In this document: positions 63,242-64,000 of the stretch, piece after piece
Layout: the number at the start of each line of letters is the position of its first letter
Position numbering within the stretch: the first letter of the stretch is position 1
IMG/VR virus record: IMGVR_UViG_3300025084_003138
Span: 1,905-65,904 of that record
DNA from: a virus
Lineage: Duplodnaviria > Caudoviricetes
DNA length: 64,000 nt
Strand: one strand, 5' to 3'
Program-made: the position numbers and the translations under genes
Notes under the pieces: generated by a model
Seen by the model: only the letters and a program-made list of their open reading frames with translations
Database searches by the model: none
Told to the model about the DNA's origin: nothing

Positions 63242-64000
63242 TTAAGTGCCCCAGGCATTTCCGAATAAGCTGATATGGAGTCTAGGTGTGAATCGCCATC
63301 CTCGTTCCATACAGGCTTCTGCGACTTCTTTAACATTGAGGGTATATTCTTCACTGCGCCCGCCCATTGGCATAAGATATACCGGACATTCCACCCCGGC
63401 ACTTCTGTAAGCGTCCACAGCTTTTGTAACTTCGTCAAAGTCGTCATTAGTAGCCACAACAAACTTAAGATACAATTCGCTATCAGTAACACACTGATAC
63501 TCACTAGCAACATTAGGCTTAATAGCAGTTTCCCAAGGTTCTCCACTGACACTAAGTTTTGGGGAACAACTCCAAGTGACCGTAATTCTATCGCTATCAT
63601 TGAGATAGTTGTAGAGATCGTCGTGTAAATGTTGTGTAGTGTTTGTTTCAAATGTAACATTTTTTAAGTCCTGCATACGTGGATGTTCAAATAGTTCAAC
63701 GTAAAGTCGTTGCCACGCTAACAACGGCTCTCCGCCTGTCATAATCAAGTGGACATCTTGACCATTGTCCATTGTCCACTTACCTTCTGGTAGTAGACTT
63801 AATAAGTGTTCAACTACTTCATCTACAGTTGCTTGACGATTAAAGTGTTTAAACTCTGGATAGATACTTGCATATGTATCGCAACCTGTGTGTATAATAG
63901 GCAAGTCTGTAAACTCTTTAGTTGTTTCATGTACACCTGCGTCAAGTAATCCTTGTACTTCAGCATTATGAATAATGCCTGCTTTTTGTTTTACATCACG
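63242..64000 (-). CDS. queE: QueE/NrdG-like radical SAM enzyme (7-carboxy-7-deazaguanine synthase-like), 5'-truncated by the window
   Basis: The frame is open to position 64000 (RDVKQKAGIIHNAEVQGLL..LPIIHTGCDTYAS); LIMTGGEPLL, VTFETNTTQ, WSCSPKL, LKFVV, VYLMP, FTPRLH. Confidence 0.75.
   Translation of the reverse strand, partial: RDVKQKAGIIHNAEVQGLLDAGVHETTKEFTDLPIIHTGCDTYASIYPEFKHFNRQATVDEVVEHLLSLLPEGKWTMDNGQDVHLIMTGGEPLLAWQRLYVELFEHPRMQDLKNVTFETNTTQHLHDDLYNYLNDSDRITVTWSCSPKLSVSGEPWETAIKPNVASEYQCVTDSELYLKFVVATNDDFDEVTKAVDAYRSAGVECPVYLMPMGGRSEEYTLNVKEVAEACMERGWRFTPRLHISLFGNAWGT

Noticed and set aside
63169-63660. 163-aa minus-strand ORF overlapping queE
   Set aside because: It is out of frame within a well-supported gene, has no RBS and has an atypical composition; only its last 26 codons were kept as a low-interest note.
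1-64000. tRNA/rRNA genes, introns/inteins, alternative genetic code
   Set aside because: Gaps are too short and AT-rich for tRNA cloverleaves. No intein (C...HN) or homing-endonuclease motifs were noticed. Long ORFs are intact in code 11 and TAA, TAG and TGA all act as stops at gene junctions.

Overview
This window is a segment of a large, AT-rich, T4-like (jumbo-type) myophage genome. It is densely coding in standard code 11, and I found no tRNA, rRNA, CRISPR array or IS element. It has three zones. (1) 1-14.4 kb, + strand: virion genes, namely a >2,470-aa structural protein open from the window edge, a conserved 204-aa protein, three paralogous tail-fibre-like proteins and a 339-aa structural protein. 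(2) 14.4-54.35 kb: a ~40-kb chemical-tailoring island bracketed by tail-fibre genes. It encodes 11 radical SAM enzymes (6 with an N-terminal twitch domain, one of these fused to a QueC-like PP-loop domain; 1 cobalamin-dependent; 1 split/permuted pair) and 5 glycosyltransferase-like proteins, one built from six degenerate GT repeats. It also encodes ADP-heptose enzymes (HldE, HldD), a cupin, a DegT aminotransferase, a carbamoyltransferase, methyltransferases, SGNH proteins, a 2OG-Fe hydroxylase, a flavin halogenase-like protein, two atypical adenylate-forming enzymes, an ACP-like/methyltransferase fusion and a TctA/TctC transporter pair. (3) 54.3-64 kb, - strand: an Mtd-N-type tail fibre, small unknown genes, a MoxR AAA+/VWA-metallopeptidase pair, an RNase H/5'-3' exonuclease and a QueE-like radical SAM truncated by the window end. 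Consensus sigma70 promoters and T4-late-like TAA(A/G/T)TA motifs punctuate the operons. The best candidate for an undescribed system is the island: its enzyme inventory parallels aminoglycoside and heptose-sugar tailoring chemistry, and my inference is that it builds a heavily modified glycan for virion fibres (alternatives: DNA hypermodification, host-surface conversion or a diffusible metabolite). All family assignments come from motif recognition by eye; no database searches were run.
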